A DNA stretch of 63,025 bases from the IMG/VR virus record IMGVR_UViG_3300031413_000001; one strand, given 5' to 3'. This DNA comes from a virus. Its lineage: Duplodnaviria > Heunggongvirae > Uroviricota > Caudoviricetes. The notes beneath the pieces are model-generated. The model saw nothing but the letters and a program-made list of their open reading frames with translations. It had not been told where the DNA came from and did not search any database. Numbering within the stretch: position 1 is the first letter of the stretch; each line of letters opens with the position of its first letter. Shown here piece after piece: positions 50,733-60,820 of the stretch. The translations under genes and the position numbers were made by a program.

Positions 50733-51261
50733 TTGCCTCGCGAATCATCTGTGCAATGTCCGCAAGTTCAGTGGCTGGGAGGGCGGGCATGTGATGCGAG
50801 AACGCTTCCATGTTTCCGTCAAGTGCCGCTTGGCGCGCTGCCGTGGCCGAAATGCCATCCGCTTCGCCTGCCTCGCGATCCACCTCAACCACCTCGCAAT
50901 CCAGTTGTTCACTGGCTACGAGTTTGCGGTAGTTGGAGGCACGATCCGAGCCAGCAATCCAAGCCTTGAGTTTGTATCCCTGAATATCCAGGACCTCCAA
51001 GGCTTCATAAGCGGATGCCACAACATCAATGGTAATGCCGGGAAAGAGCTTCCTAGCAATGACAAGACGTTGTTCCGCCGACAAAGGATTCTTTCTCTTG
51101 TCCAGTCCGCTCTTTTCCCCATCGGTTAGATAGAGAACTGGTCGAACACCCAGACGCAAGGCAGTTTCCTTGAGCTTTCGGACCAAGATGGTGTGTCCCT
51201 CGGTGGGTGGATTCATCCTCCCCACCAATAGTGCCACTCCGTTAATCTGGCCTCCACTCAT
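50686..51261 (-). CDS. cytidylyltransferase-family nucleotidyltransferase
   Basis: GRMNPPTEGH, KNPL, AGSDR, ISATAAR. Confidence 0.8.
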   Translation of the reverse strand: MSGGQINGVALLVGRMNPPTEGHTILVRKLKETALRLGVRPVLYLTDGEKSGLDKRKNPLSAEQRLVIARKLFPGITIDVVASAYEALEVLDIQGYKLKAWIAGSDRASNYRKLVASEQLDCEVVEVDREAGEADGISATAARQAALDGNMEAFSHHMPALPATELADIAQMIREANDGYQSRNRLHTQGS

Positions 51262-51443
51262 ATTTACCGCCCTATAAAGTATGCAGATAACACGACCACA
51301 ATAGCCATGGCTTTCCTGATCCCAGAATAGTGACTTCTGAGTTCCAATTCTGTATAAACAGAACAGTGCTAACTGATAGCTTAAAACCTATGCGGGGCAC
51401 AATATTCAAATCCGCCAGAACAGAACATAAGGAGCGGCAAAAC

Positions 51444-52397
51444 ATGGCTCTAGCGCCCAAAGTAAATTATCTGACCAACAAGGAACTCCTAAGCGAGATC
51501 CACAAGAGCAAGAATTCCTTCAGCTATTTTGTCGACAAATCCTACGAAGCATACGATGGTATTGTGGACAACATTGAGGACATCACTCCAGCGTTGATTG
51601 AAGCCACCCAGGCTCTCAAGGCCAAGAAGATGATGCAAGCGGCCAAGGCCACACTCAAGGAACAGGGCTTGAAGAACCACCAGATCAAGGTGGACGACAT
51701 TGATCCAGCGACCATTCCCGTTGACAGCTTGGTCTTTCGCGTGATGACGTTTGAACACATTCCAGAAGCAGTTGGTAAAACAAAGGTCTCCAAGAAGGAA
51801 TCCGACAACCACGTTCGTTTGAACTTTCCACCGTTCAAGCATGTGGTTCTTGAGCCCACTGGTTTCCGTGAGGTTGGTCGCAGTCACTGGAAGAACGCAC
51901 TGGAAAACGGTGAGTTCTCACAGGATCACGGCAAGATCACCAACCGATTGGCACTGATGTTTATGAAGCTGGTTGAGCGGTACAGCCAGCGTGGTAACTG
52001 GCGCGGATACAGCTACATTGATGAGATGCGTAGTCAGGCTCTCTTGCAGCTGAGCGTTATGGGATTGAAGTTCAACGAAGCACGCTCCGACAATCCCTTT
52101 GCTTACTATTCGGTCATGGTTGGCAACGCATTCACGCACGTTCTAAATCTTGAAAAGCGTAACCAGAGCATCCGCGATGACATGCTGGTAATGCACGGTG
52201 TGACACCTTCGATGACTCGTCAGATTGACAACAGCATCGCTCAGAGGGCACTGGCAAACGGTGAGGCTCCAGAGCAGAAAAAGCTGGTTCGTCGCACGTC
52301 GCCCAATTCCAAGATTGAAACGGTGGAGCTCACACAGGAAGAGCTAGACGCGCGTAAGGCACGAGTCGCTGCCCACTATGCCAAGCATCCTGAATAA
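51444..52397 (+). CDS. late transcription sigma factor (T4 gp55-like)
   Basis: NYLTNKELL, NWRGYSY.DEM, NPFAYY; precedes gp47/gp46 as in T4. Confidence 0.85.
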   Translation: MALAPKVNYLTNKELLSEIHKSKNSFSYFVDKSYEAYDGIVDNIEDITPALIEATQALKAKKMMQAAKATLKEQGLKNHQIKVDDIDPATIPVDSLVFRVMTFEHIPEAVGKTKVSKKESDNHVRLNFPPFKHVVLEPTGFREVGRSHWKNALENGEFSQDHGKITNRLALMFMKLVERYSQRGNWRGYSYIDEMRSQALLQLSVMGLKFNEARSDNPFAYYSVMVGNAFTHVLNLEKRNQSIRDDMLVMHGVTPSMTRQIDNSIAQRALANGEAPEQKKLVRRTSPNSKIETVELTQEELDARKARVAAHYAKHPE

Positions 52398-52446
52398 TGA
52401 CTTTTAGTGTCCAGAAAGTCTATATAAGGGCAAACTAGGAGCCATT

Positions 52447-53475
52447 ATGAGCGATAAACTCTTTAAGAGGGCCGCTGTTTTTACTGACATTCACTTTGGT
52501 AAGAAAAACAACGACCGACAGCACAATCAGGACTGCGAAGACTTCGTCAAGTGGTTTATTGAGCAAGCCAAGGAAGCTGAAGCAGATACGATCATCTTTT
52601 CCGGGGATTGGCATGACAACCGTCATGCCATCCACGTTTCCACACTCAACTACTCGCTGAGCAACATGGAACGACTGGCAAACGAGTTTGAGAACTTCTA
52701 CTTTATCCCTGGAAACCACGATCTCTACTATAAGGAGAAGCGTGAGATTTCCAGCATTGCAATTGGTAGGAACCTGAAGAACATCACCATCGTCAATGAC
52801 TTTTTGACCGTCGGTGGTGTGACGTTCTGCCCCTGGCTGGTTGGTGATGATTGGAAGCGGGTTGCCAAGCTGGCCAAGAAGTCCGATTACATCTTTGGTC
52901 ACTTTGAGCTTCCTCACTTTATGATGAACGCCATGGTGGAAATGCCCGACCACGGTGGACTGAATGCAGACCACTTTGACGATGTCACATACTGGGCATT
53001 CAGCGGTCACTTTCACAAGCGACAGGCCAAGCGGAAGATCTGCTACATTGGCAATCCCTTTCCACACAACTTCGCCGATGCGTGGGATGATGAACGTGGT
53101 ATGATGATCCTGGATTGGGGTCAGGAACCCAAGTTCAAGGCATGGCCTGGTGCGCCCAAGTACAAGACGCTCAAGCTGAGTGAACTCTTGGAAGCGCCCA
53201 CGGACTTTCTCGATGAGCGAACCTACGCGAGGATCACAACCGACGTGGGCATCAACTACGACGAAAGTCAGTTCATGAAGGACACCTTTCAGGCGCACTT
53301 CAATCCACGCAAGATTGACATCACACCAGGGGCCAAGGCGGAAGCCGATCAGAGCTTTGGTGATGATGTGCTTTTCCAGACTGTTGATCAGATTGTTCTA
53401 GAGGGTCTCAAGGGCATTGACAGTCTGACTGTTGATAAGGGTCTCCTAATGGAGATCTACAAGGGGCTGAACTAA
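52447..53475 (+). CDS. recombination nuclease (gp47/Mre11/SbcD-like)
   Basis: DIHFG, GD, GNHD, GHFH. Confidence 0.9.
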   Translation: MSDKLFKRAAVFTDIHFGKKNNDRQHNQDCEDFVKWFIEQAKEAEADTIIFSGDWHDNRHAIHVSTLNYSLSNMERLANEFENFYFIPGNHDLYYKEKREISSIAIGRNLKNITIVNDFLTVGGVTFCPWLVGDDWKRVAKLAKKSDYIFGHFELPHFMMNAMVEMPDHGGLNADHFDDVTYWAFSGHFHKRQAKRKICYIGNPFPHNFADAWDDERGMMILDWGQEPKFKAWPGAPKYKTLKLSELLEAPTDFLDERTYARITTDVGINYDESQFMKDTFQAHFNPRKIDITPGAKAEADQSFGDDVLFQTVDQIVLEGLKGIDSLTVDKGLLMEIYKGLN

Positions 53476-53873
53476 TGAAAGACTACAATCCGGACAAGGA
53501 TCCCAGCAGGGCCAGCGTGGGAATTGATACGCCAAAGTTTCGCATCGACGACTGGCAGATCAAGCTGATCAGCGAATCTGACAAGCATGGCGACAAGAAG
53601 CCATTCCAGCACGTCTACGCCTTTGTGAAGAACAATCAGAGCATGAGCAGGCATGACTTTGAGACCACGCTGTCTTCGATTCGTGACATTCTGGATGAAA
53701 AGGGTGTAAACTCAGGTATCCTGATGTTCATGCACGGAACTTACGTCTTTACAGAAGTGCCCGTTGATTTGAACGCAGTCATCGTCAAGCTGGCTAGCGG
53801 GATTAATTTCAATGGGGAGGTAACCGGCTCGATGGAGAATCTGGAACTGGTGAACTCCCAGCTGGGGCGATAA
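53475..53873 (+). CDS. hypothetical protein
   Basis: ORF between gp47 and gp46. Confidence 0.65.
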   Translation: MKDYNPDKDPSRASVGIDTPKFRIDDWQIKLISESDKHGDKKPFQHVYAFVKNNQSMSRHDFETTLSSIRDILDEKGVNSGILMFMHGTYVFTEVPVDLNAVIVKLASGINFNGEVTGSMENLELVNSQLGR

Positions 53874-53880
53874 ACATAAG

Positions 53881-55665
53881 ATGATCAAAATCCGCACCAT
53901 TACAATGAAGAACTTTCTGAGCGTGGGAAACACCACTCAGGCAGTTCAGCTTGACCAGCATGGTCTTACTCTAATCCTTGGTGAGAACGTTGACCAGGGA
54001 AGCGCAGGTTCGCGAAACGGTGTAGGCAAGACCACGCTGATTCAGGCAATCTGTTACGCTCTATATGGCGAGGCCCTGACGGCAATCCGCAAGGACAACC
54101 TGATCAACAAGATCAACCAAAAGGGAATGGTTGTCTCGCTGGACTTTGAGATTGGTTCGAGAAGCTATCGTATTGAACGTGGTCGCAAGCCCAACTTCCT
54201 CCGCTTTTATGTCAACGATGGACTGGTAACACAGGACGGCGACAACGAGGCACACGGTGAAAGCAAAGTCACCCAAGAGGAAATCGAAAAGACCATTGGT
54301 TGCAGCCACACGTTGTTCAAGCATGTGGTTGCCCTGCATAGCAAGACCACACCCTTCTTGGAGCTCAACGCTGGCAATCAGCGGGCAGTCATTGAGGAAC
54401 TTCTTGGTATCACACAGCTGAGCAGCAAGGCTGAGCAGTTGAAGGTGCTGGTAAAGGAAATCCGAGACGAGATCAAGGGCGAGGAACTTCGCATCAAGAT
54501 CATGATGGACAACAATGACAGGATCCAACGGACTATCAATGATCTAAAGTTCAAGAGCTCGCTCTGGGACAAGGAACATATGAAGACCATGGAAAAGCTC
54601 GTTGCTGCCATTGGTCAGTTGAACGAGATTGATATCGAAACGGAGATCAACAACCAAAAGATCCTCGTAGAGTTCAATCGCATCTCCAATGAAGTCATGC
54701 GCTTTGAGCGTGATGCTGCCCGTGTGGAGCGAACCTTCAATACCGCGGACGCCAGTGTTCAGCGCATCGACAGTCAGCTGGCAACAGTTGAGCAAAAGAA
54801 GTGCCACACTTGCGGACAGGACGTCCACGACGACAAGCACCAAGAGATCCTAGCCGAGTTGCTTACTCGGAAGGAACGGTACGTGGAAGAGCGTAGGACG
54901 GCGGAGGAAGAGCTGTATGCGGCTGCGGTGGACCTTGAGAAAGCAATCGGTGAACTGACTGCACTGGGTGAGATGCCAACTGTCAGCTACTCCACAATGG
55001 AGCAGGCTCTCAATCATCGTCACACACTGGACAAGCTGGATGGTGACTTCATGCGCGAAAGTGTCAAAGACAGTCCCTTCTTGGATCAGATTGCCAACTT
55101 GATTGACACCTCTCTTCAGGACATCACATACGATTACTTGAATGAGCTGGTTCGACTCAAGGAGCATCAGGACTTTTTGCTGAAGCTTCTAACGGATAAG
55201 AACTCCTTTATCCGCAAAAAGATCATCGACCAGAACTTGAGCTACTTGAATGTTCGCCTCAACAGCTACCTGGACAAGATCCAGTTGCCACATGAGGTTG
55301 CCTTTCAGAGTGATCTAACGGTTGAGATCACCCGACTGGGCAAGGAATACGATTTCGCGCAGCTGAGCAACGGTGAGCAGAATCGTGTTGTGCTCGCACT
55401 TGCGTGGGCATTCCGAGATGTTTGGGAGACAATGAACAAGCCCCTGAACTTGCTGATGATTGACGAATTGGTCGACAGCGGCATGGACAGCAAGGGAATG
55501 GACTTGGCTCTCGAGATTCTGAAAAAGAATGCACGTGAGCGTGGCAAGAACATTTTCCTGATCAGCCACAAAGATGAATTGACGTCCAGGGTACCGAGGG
55601 TGCTACTCGTACAGTACGAGAACAACTTCACAACCTTCGTGACGGACACCGAGCAGAATGACTGA
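53881..55665 (+). CDS. recombination ATPase (gp46/Rad50/SbcC-like)
   Basis: NGVGKT, CHTC hook, LSNGE, IDE, ISH. Confidence 0.9.
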   Translation: MIKIRTITMKNFLSVGNTTQAVQLDQHGLTLILGENVDQGSAGSRNGVGKTTLIQAICYALYGEALTAIRKDNLINKINQKGMVVSLDFEIGSRSYRIERGRKPNFLRFYVNDGLVTQDGDNEAHGESKVTQEEIEKTIGCSHTLFKHVVALHSKTTPFLELNAGNQRAVIEELLGITQLSSKAEQLKVLVKEIRDEIKGEELRIKIMMDNNDRIQRTINDLKFKSSLWDKEHMKTMEKLVAAIGQLNEIDIETEINNQKILVEFNRISNEVMRFERDAARVERTFNTADASVQRIDSQLATVEQKKCHTCGQDVHDDKHQEILAELLTRKERYVEERRTAEEELYAAAVDLEKAIGELTALGEMPTVSYSTMEQALNHRHTLDKLDGDFMRESVKDSPFLDQIANLIDTSLQDITYDYLNELVRLKEHQDFLLKLLTDKNSFIRKKIIDQNLSYLNVRLNSYLDKIQLPHEVAFQSDLTVEITRLGKEYDFAQLSNGEQNRVVLALAWAFRDVWETMNKPLNLLMIDELVDSGMDSKGMDLALEILKKNARERGKNIFLISHKDELTSRVPRVLLVQYENNFTTFVTDTEQND

Positions 55666-56536
55666 TATCCTTTACAGTGAAGAAGATGCCAGTGTGAACT
55701 TTGTAACGCCTCATCCTCTGGGTGGGGCGTTCGAGTCTCGGTATGTTCGCCGCGAGCAGGACTACTTTATCACATACCTGAGCAGCCATAGCGGTTGCAA
55801 CAAGGCGTGTCGCTTCTGTCACCTGACACAAACCCGTCAGACCATGATGGATCCCGCGACCGTCGATGACTACTATCTTCAGGCCCTTCAGGTGTTTCGC
55901 CACTACCGTCAGTTTGATGATGCAGGTCGCGTCAACTTCAACTTCATGGCCCGCGGCGAGCCACTGAGCAACCCATCGGTTCTGGAAAACTGGGCGCGGG
56001 TTCAGGCGCCTCTTCAGAGCTTGGCGAGCCAGCACGCCCTGGTGGCCAAATACAACATCAGCACCATTATGCCAGAGGAAATGGCCGACCGATCCCTCTA
56101 TGAGGTATTTGGCGATAGTGGAGCCCAGCTTTACTATTCCCTCTACAGCATGGATGAGAAGTTCCGGAAGCGGTGGCTGCCCAAGGCCATGGGCGCGCAT
56201 GATGCTCTTTACAAACTGAGCGACTGGCAGCAGAAGACCGGAGAGTTGGTCACCCTTCACGGGGCATTCATCGAGGGCGAGAATGACAGTTTGGAAGATC
56301 TGGAAAAGATCGTCATGGCGGTCATCTTCCGTGGGCTCAAGGTAAAATTCAACCTTGTCCGCTACAATCCCTTCAGCCCTGCCCAGGGAAAAGAACCCAG
56401 TGAAGATATACTTCACCGAAATTTCAACTACCTCGCAGAGGCTTTCGGCCATGAAAAGTCGAGAATTGTGCCCCGAGTTGGTTTTGACGTCAAGGCAAGC
56501 TGCGGTATGTTCGTCGATGCCCACCACAAGCCTTGA
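55658..56536 (+). CDS. divergent RlmN/Cfr-like radical SAM enzyme
   Basis: [31 protein letters not shown]. Confidence 0.75.
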   Translation: MTDILYSEEDASVNFVTPHPLGGAFESRYVRREQDYFITYLSSHSGCNKACRFCHLTQTRQTMMDPATVDDYYLQALQVFRHYRQFDDAGRVNFNFMARGEPLSNPSVLENWARVQAPLQSLASQHALVAKYNISTIMPEEMADRSLYEVFGDSGAQLYYSLYSMDEKFRKRWLPKAMGAHDALYKLSDWQQKTGELVTLHGAFIEGENDSLEDLEKIVMAVIFRGLKVKFNLVRYNPFSPAQGKEPSEDILHRNFNYLAEAFGHEKSRIVPRVGFDVKASCGMFVDAHHKP

Positions 56537-56540
56537 CGCA

Positions 56541-56753
56541 ATGGCTTCCCACTGGATCAAGCAAGGGATTGCTGACCGAATCTGGGGAGACCTCGTCCTA
56601 ACCGTTGAGCTACGTCAATGGCTACGGGACAACCTAGGCCAGGAACATGGTGGTGATCTATGGTGGTGGGATCACTATCGGGAAGAGGATGAGGTAGCGA
56701 TCTTCTTTCGAAAGCCCCAACATGCCGTAATGTTCAAGCTGGCATGGCTATGA
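56541..56753 (+). CDS. FKL-motif family protein
   Basis: RQWLRDN...FFRKPQHAVMFKLAW. Confidence 0.7.
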   Translation: MASHWIKQGIADRIWGDLVLTVELRQWLRDNLGQEHGGDLWWWDHYREEDEVAIFFRKPQHAVMFKLAWL

Positions 56754-57076
56754 TTGAAGTTGAATCCTACTTCAATCTAGAACGCGGATTCTGCTTTGAG
56801 GAAGACGGTGGTATTCTGGTCAACGATTCCTGGAGCAAACATGATCCAGAAGATCGTCCCAGCATTGTATATCAGTTCAGGGGATCGCCCACTTGGCGCT
56901 TGTATCTGGCCGATGAAGCGCACCTTGATATCCGTGGTCGCTATACGATCCGCGATGGCAACAACAATGCAGTTGGTGGTCACTGGATAAGCCCTCGGAT
57001 TGCCCAGTGGCAAACATGGATTTTAGGCTTCGAGGATCGACTGGATGCTCAGAGGTTCAAACTCAAATGGATGTAA
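56744..57076 (+). CDS. FKL-motif family protein
   Basis: GFEDRLDAQRFKLKW. Confidence 0.7.
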   Translation: MAMIEVESYFNLERGFCFEEDGGILVNDSWSKHDPEDRPSIVYQFRGSPTWRLYLADEAHLDIRGRYTIRDGNNNAVGGHWISPRIAQWQTWILGFEDRLDAQRFKLKWM

Positions 57077-57315
57077 AGCGCGCTCCTAGAATCCTATGTG
57101 AGATGCCCATCAAGGTTCCTATGGACAACCGCCATGACAGCAATGTTGTGTGGAATTGGCTGGTTGAGAATATGGGACCACACCGACAGCATCTTGAAGT
57201 GGATGATTGGCGCTGGTGGACCAGTCGTCGGGACCTGGTGGATGATGATTACCGCAGGGTATATTGCTTTCGCTATCCCAAGGACGCCATGTTGTTCAAA
57301 CTCACATGGGGATGA
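57067..57315 (+). CDS. FKL-motif family protein
   Basis: WNWLVENMG...CFRYPKDAMLFKLTWG. Confidence 0.75.
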   Translation: MDVKRAPRILCEMPIKVPMDNRHDSNVVWNWLVENMGPHRQHLEVDDWRWWTSRRDLVDDDYRRVYCFRYPKDAMLFKLTWG

Positions 57316-57527
57316 TCCAACAGCGCATAACGGGTTGCAAACACCTCCGCTATGGTAGATCGACCCTGTGCTTTCGACAAAGCGTCCAAGAATGGCTTGA
57401 GCATAGCATTGGAATCCACGGGGTGGCTTGGCACATCAAGCGTATTCCCAACAAACATGGCGAACATGATATTGTGCTGGTATGCGGTCGCCGCGACGCC
57501 ATGATGTTTTGGCTGCGCTGGATGTGA
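57312..57527 (+). CDS. FKL-motif family protein
   Basis: QEWLEHSIG...RRDAMMFWLRW. Confidence 0.7.
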   Translation: MIQQRITGCKHLRYGRSTLCFRQSVQEWLEHSIGIHGVAWHIKRIPNKHGEHDIVLVCGRRDAMMFWLRWM

Positions 57528-57802
57528 GCGGCTGGAAGGTTACCTTTGAGTTCATGTCGCTTGTGGGCGTGGTAGGCGAAAACTCCCAAATCGTGTTCTA
57601 CGACTGGTGCGTGTTGAACTTTGGCAAGCCCAATTACAGCGTCAGTGTTGGAAAGTGGCGCTGGCGTCTCAGGGGAACCTACCCCATTGTGCTCAGCTTT
57701 CGTTATCGCAAAGATGCCATGATGTTCAAGCTTCATTGGGCGGAACTGGTTGACATGCTTCCAAAGTCTGCTACATTCCTCGAGAGTGTAAATACGGAGT
57801 GA
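57524..57802 (+). CDS. FKL-motif family protein
   Basis: YDWCVLNFG...SFRYRKDAMMFKLHW. Confidence 0.7.
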   Translation: MSGWKVTFEFMSLVGVVGENSQIVFYDWCVLNFGKPNYSVSVGKWRWRLRGTYPIVLSFRYRKDAMMFKLHWAELVDMLPKSATFLESVNTE

Positions 57803-57805
57803 GCG

Positions 57806-58168
57806 ATGAGCAGCAGACTTGATATCAGCAAGGTCAATCGGTATGAGGCCGATTGGGACCCCAAGACGATATTCTCAGGTTTTTCCATCCGGGCTGTTCT
57901 CGCTGGCACAACTGATATGGTCACGAGGATCACCGAACGATCGCGGCTCGCCAAGCGGCTGAAGCGCGAAATCGGGGACGAGGATGTGGACTGGATGCTC
58001 CAGGAACATCCACACAATGGCGAGGTCGAGCTCTACTTGAAGAACTCGGGTCCTCTGATCATGTGGAAGCTTCAAGACCATGAAGCCTTCAATAAGCTGT
58101 TCGACCGGGTAGAACAGCACGTGGATAACCTCGATGCAGTTTCAAACGACCCAGCGCCTGATCAATAA
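57806..58168 (+). CDS. FKL-motif family protein (divergent)
   Basis: ELYLKNSGPLIMWKL. Confidence 0.6.
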   Translation: MSSRLDISKVNRYEADWDPKTIFSGFSIRAVLAGTTDMVTRITERSRLAKRLKREIGDEDVDWMLQEHPHNGEVELYLKNSGPLIMWKLQDHEAFNKLFDRVEQHVDNLDAVSNDPAPDQ

Positions 58169-58364
58169 CAAGTGGCGCTATCAGGCTAACTTTCTAGATC
58201 CCAAGGCGATGAAGCGAGCCCAGGAGTGGTTCGCTTTTCGCTCATCTGAAAAGGTGTGTGGAGAAGGTGCCAGCCTGTTTACCAATGACCTCCAGATCAT
58301 CTTTGAGATCCGAGTTCACTTTGACACCACGTTGAAGTTTATTCGGGCCGCGCAGGAATCTTGA
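58134..58364 (+). CDS. small hypothetical protein
   Basis: ORF; AQEWF helix; start uncertain. Confidence 0.45.
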   Translation: MQFQTTQRLINNKWRYQANFLDPKAMKRAQEWFAFRSSEKVCGEGASLFTNDLQIIFEIRVHFDTTLKFIRAAQES

Positions 58365-58659
58365 TCTTGTAGATCTTGTGTAGCTTCTCGCCGTGGACCA
58401 GCTTTACCATTGCTAGGTCCATGGCATTGGTCAAGTAGAGTTCAGTGTAGACACGCTTGCCGTGGCAGTTCTTTTCCCAAACCAACTTGTAATCGCCCGC
58501 GCAGGTGTTGCGGAGCAGATCCCTCATGGACTCAACGATCCCTGCATTGGTACCTGCGATGTAGGGACGGTGGGCGGTCCTCTTCAGGAGAACCATAAAA
58601 GAGAACTTTCCATAGGGGAGGTTGTTACGCTCCAGCGTCTTCAAGGAAAGTTTGCTCAT
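58339..58659 (-). CDS. FKL-motif family protein (divergent)
   Basis: ELYLTNAMDLAMVKL; GGAG SD. Confidence 0.6.
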   Translation of the reverse strand: MSKLSLKTLERNNLPYGKFSFMVLLKRTAHRPYIAGTNAGIVESMRDLLRNTCAGDYKLVWEKNCHGKRVYTELYLTNAMDLAMVKLVHGEKLHKIYKIKIPARPE

Positions 58660-58671
58660 TTGTACTCCATG

Positions 58672-58706
58672 GAAAAGCCGTCCAGGACAACTGGACGGCT
58701 TTCTTT
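58672..58706 (-). terminator. terminator hairpin
   Basis: AAAGCCGTCCAG-GACAA-CTGGACGGCTTT. Confidence 0.65.
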
Positions 58707-58729
58707 ATGCAGTATTGACTACCCTAATG

Positions 58730-59272
58730 TCAATTTTCAGCACCGCCGAGTTTCCTCACTGCGGCCTTGTTCTGGGTAAAGAACTTCTCATGCGTTACGA
58801 TGATGTAATCACAAGCCTTCTCGGTGTTGAAAGCCTTGCGATACGTCACGTAGCTGAGTCCCGTCATATCAAACTTGTCCAGGTTTTCTGCCTTGAATGC
58901 AGCCCAGCTTCCCTTGCGGGTGATCTTGAAGATCGTAACCGAAAAGTCCGTGGGATCAGCTGGTTCCTCAGTCTGATCAATCCACGTGTCCAGCTGCTTA
59001 CAGCCTCCGTCAATGATCTGATGGAACGCGATGTCCGCGTAGTTCTTGGCTTCCAAGTTCAAGTGTGGAAGATCGTCAGGTGGGATGATGTCGCCCTTGG
59101 CTGCCCTCATCTGAATGTCGCTCATCGTGGCCTTGCGGAACACGTTCTTGCCACCCATGTAGGCACCGCTGTTGGGAACCCTCTGGAAGTTTCCGCCCAG
59201 CGTGGCACCGAGGAAAACGCAGATCTCGCGCTCCCAGCTGTTGCCCTTTTGCTTTGCCTTTGAGGTCATCAT
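58730..59272 (-). CDS. Holliday junction resolvase-like PD-(D/E)XK nuclease
   Basis: KQKGNSWERE, GDI, LEAK. Confidence 0.75.
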   Translation of the reverse strand: MMTSKAKQKGNSWEREICVFLGATLGGNFQRVPNSGAYMGGKNVFRKATMSDIQMRAAKGDIIPPDDLPHLNLEAKNYADIAFHQIIDGGCKQLDTWIDQTEEPADPTDFSVTIFKITRKGSWAAFKAENLDKFDMTGLSYVTYRKAFNTEKACDYIIVTHEKFFTQNKAAVRKLGGAEN

Positions 59273-59323
59273 ACTCTCCTGTTCTAGTCTGATATTTAGT
59301 GACAGAGCGCGGTGTGATGTCGC

Positions 59324-60181
59324 ATGTTCCATGTAGAGCATAGGAGCAAGTTTGTGGATAAGAAAGTTCGTGATCTGACCGTAATGGTGGATATTCCTGT
59401 AACGGATCAGATGCGCTACAAGGAGTTCATGAAACAGGAACTCCACTATTACAATTCAATGATCGAGGTCCTCAGCCCAAGGGCACGGACTTTTCCGGAG
59501 ACCATCTTGGCAATCCACAAGGATTGGGAAAATCTCTGGAACGCACTGGCCTTTGGTGGCCATGATGTCAAGCTCTATGAAAAGTTCGCCGACGATGCAG
59601 CTCTTCCGGTGGATTTGGAGCCCCATAGAAAGATGCTGTTGGGACGGGACAGCAAGGGTGTTCGCTTTCTAAACGAGCGTATGCTGAACATCCTAGGGGT
59701 AGCGGGAACCAAGAGTCTCATCCACCCCACGGTTCGAAAGAACATGGCAAGTCAGATGCTGGAGTTCTACAAGGACCAGGCAGCCAAGCTGATCAACCGA
59801 AACGATGAAGCTTTTGGTGACGAGGACCTTTACAGCAATCCTGTTGAGCTCCTGGTAAAGCATGATCTGGTAACCAAGCGCCACTTACAGATTCCCCGCA
59901 ACATCCTGAACGCTGTCTACTATTACAAGGAGCGGGACTTCTCGGAAGTCTACACGCCCTACAGCGAGCGACCCATCGTCGTCCCCGGACAGGATCTGGA
60001 AAACAACAATCACTGGAACTTTATCATGCTGCACCAGCAGCCTGGCATCGAGGCCATCAACACCACTCCCTGGGTTGTTGACATCAAGTACACTCAGGTG
60101 CCATACTTGATCAAGTACCAGGATGTTGAGCAGCCCAAGACTGGTCGCATCTTCGCCACGATGAAGAAGCGCGCTTACTAA
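59324..60181 (+). CDS. hypothetical protein with weak resemblance to the TnpB N-terminal half
   Basis: Long ORF; start may be GTG 59354; fold assignment is speculative. Confidence 0.65.
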   Translation: MFHVEHRSKFVDKKVRDLTVMVDIPVTDQMRYKEFMKQELHYYNSMIEVLSPRARTFPETILAIHKDWENLWNALAFGGHDVKLYEKFADDAALPVDLEPHRKMLLGRDSKGVRFLNERMLNILGVAGTKSLIHPTVRKNMASQMLEFYKDQAAKLINRNDEAFGDEDLYSNPVELLVKHDLVTKRHLQIPRNILNAVYYYKERDFSEVYTPYSERPIVVPGQDLENNNHWNFIMLHQQPGIEAINTTPWVVDIKYTQVPYLIKYQDVEQPKTGRIFATMKKRAY

Positions 60182-60271
60182 AATGGGGGACCTAGGTCCC
60201 CCAAGATCGATCTCAGATGTAGCTGAATCGAAACGCGATCCGCGTTTTTAACCGTGTGCATAAATAGAAAA

Positions 60272-60820
60272 ATGCACACAGATCCTACTTTATAGCCCCT
60301 ACCTAGCTCACCGGCACAAAACATAAAAACTAATGAGTCCGGGACGGATAAAGATCCCAACCCGGACCATACATAGCTAGAAATCCTAGATTATAGAGAA
60401 ACCTGGCCCGGACGATTGACGGGATGGTAGCTGCTAGGGGCGAACTGGGTCCACCATTAGGTGGTATAGCGGAGACGCTTGCGACACACCAGTATAAACA
60501 AAGGCTACGGAGAAAACGTAGCTGGTGATCCGAGAAGCAACTTTTGGGTGCAAACAAGACTTTCCCCTCAAGCTCTGGTTCTTCGTAGGAAGCGAGGGTA
60601 AACCCATGACTGGGAACCTCGCAAGCGACCCATGCTACTTGAAAGGTGTGGATCACGCTACCGCCATATTTCAGAGTTCCTAACTGCAAAGCCGACCGGA
60701 TGACCCCGGCGCTGATGTAATGTCAGTGTTAGTTTCAAGATCTTGCGACAACCTCCAACTGCAAGTTTTTACTCCCTCTTCATAGACCTTTTTATTTGGG
60801 TCTGTGTGGGGGGAGTAAAG
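60272..60820 (+). ncRNA. large structured ncRNA candidate
   Basis: TAAATA at 60261, many nested stems and GNRA loops, no credible ORF. Confidence 0.6.

Noticed and set aside
60272-60820. tmRNA, RNase P or group I/II intron identity for the structured region
   Set aside because: GGGGCGAA...TCCACCA near 60437-56 is too short for a tRNA-like domain. I did not find RNase P P4, group I P7 or group II domain V signatures, and no gene is interrupted.
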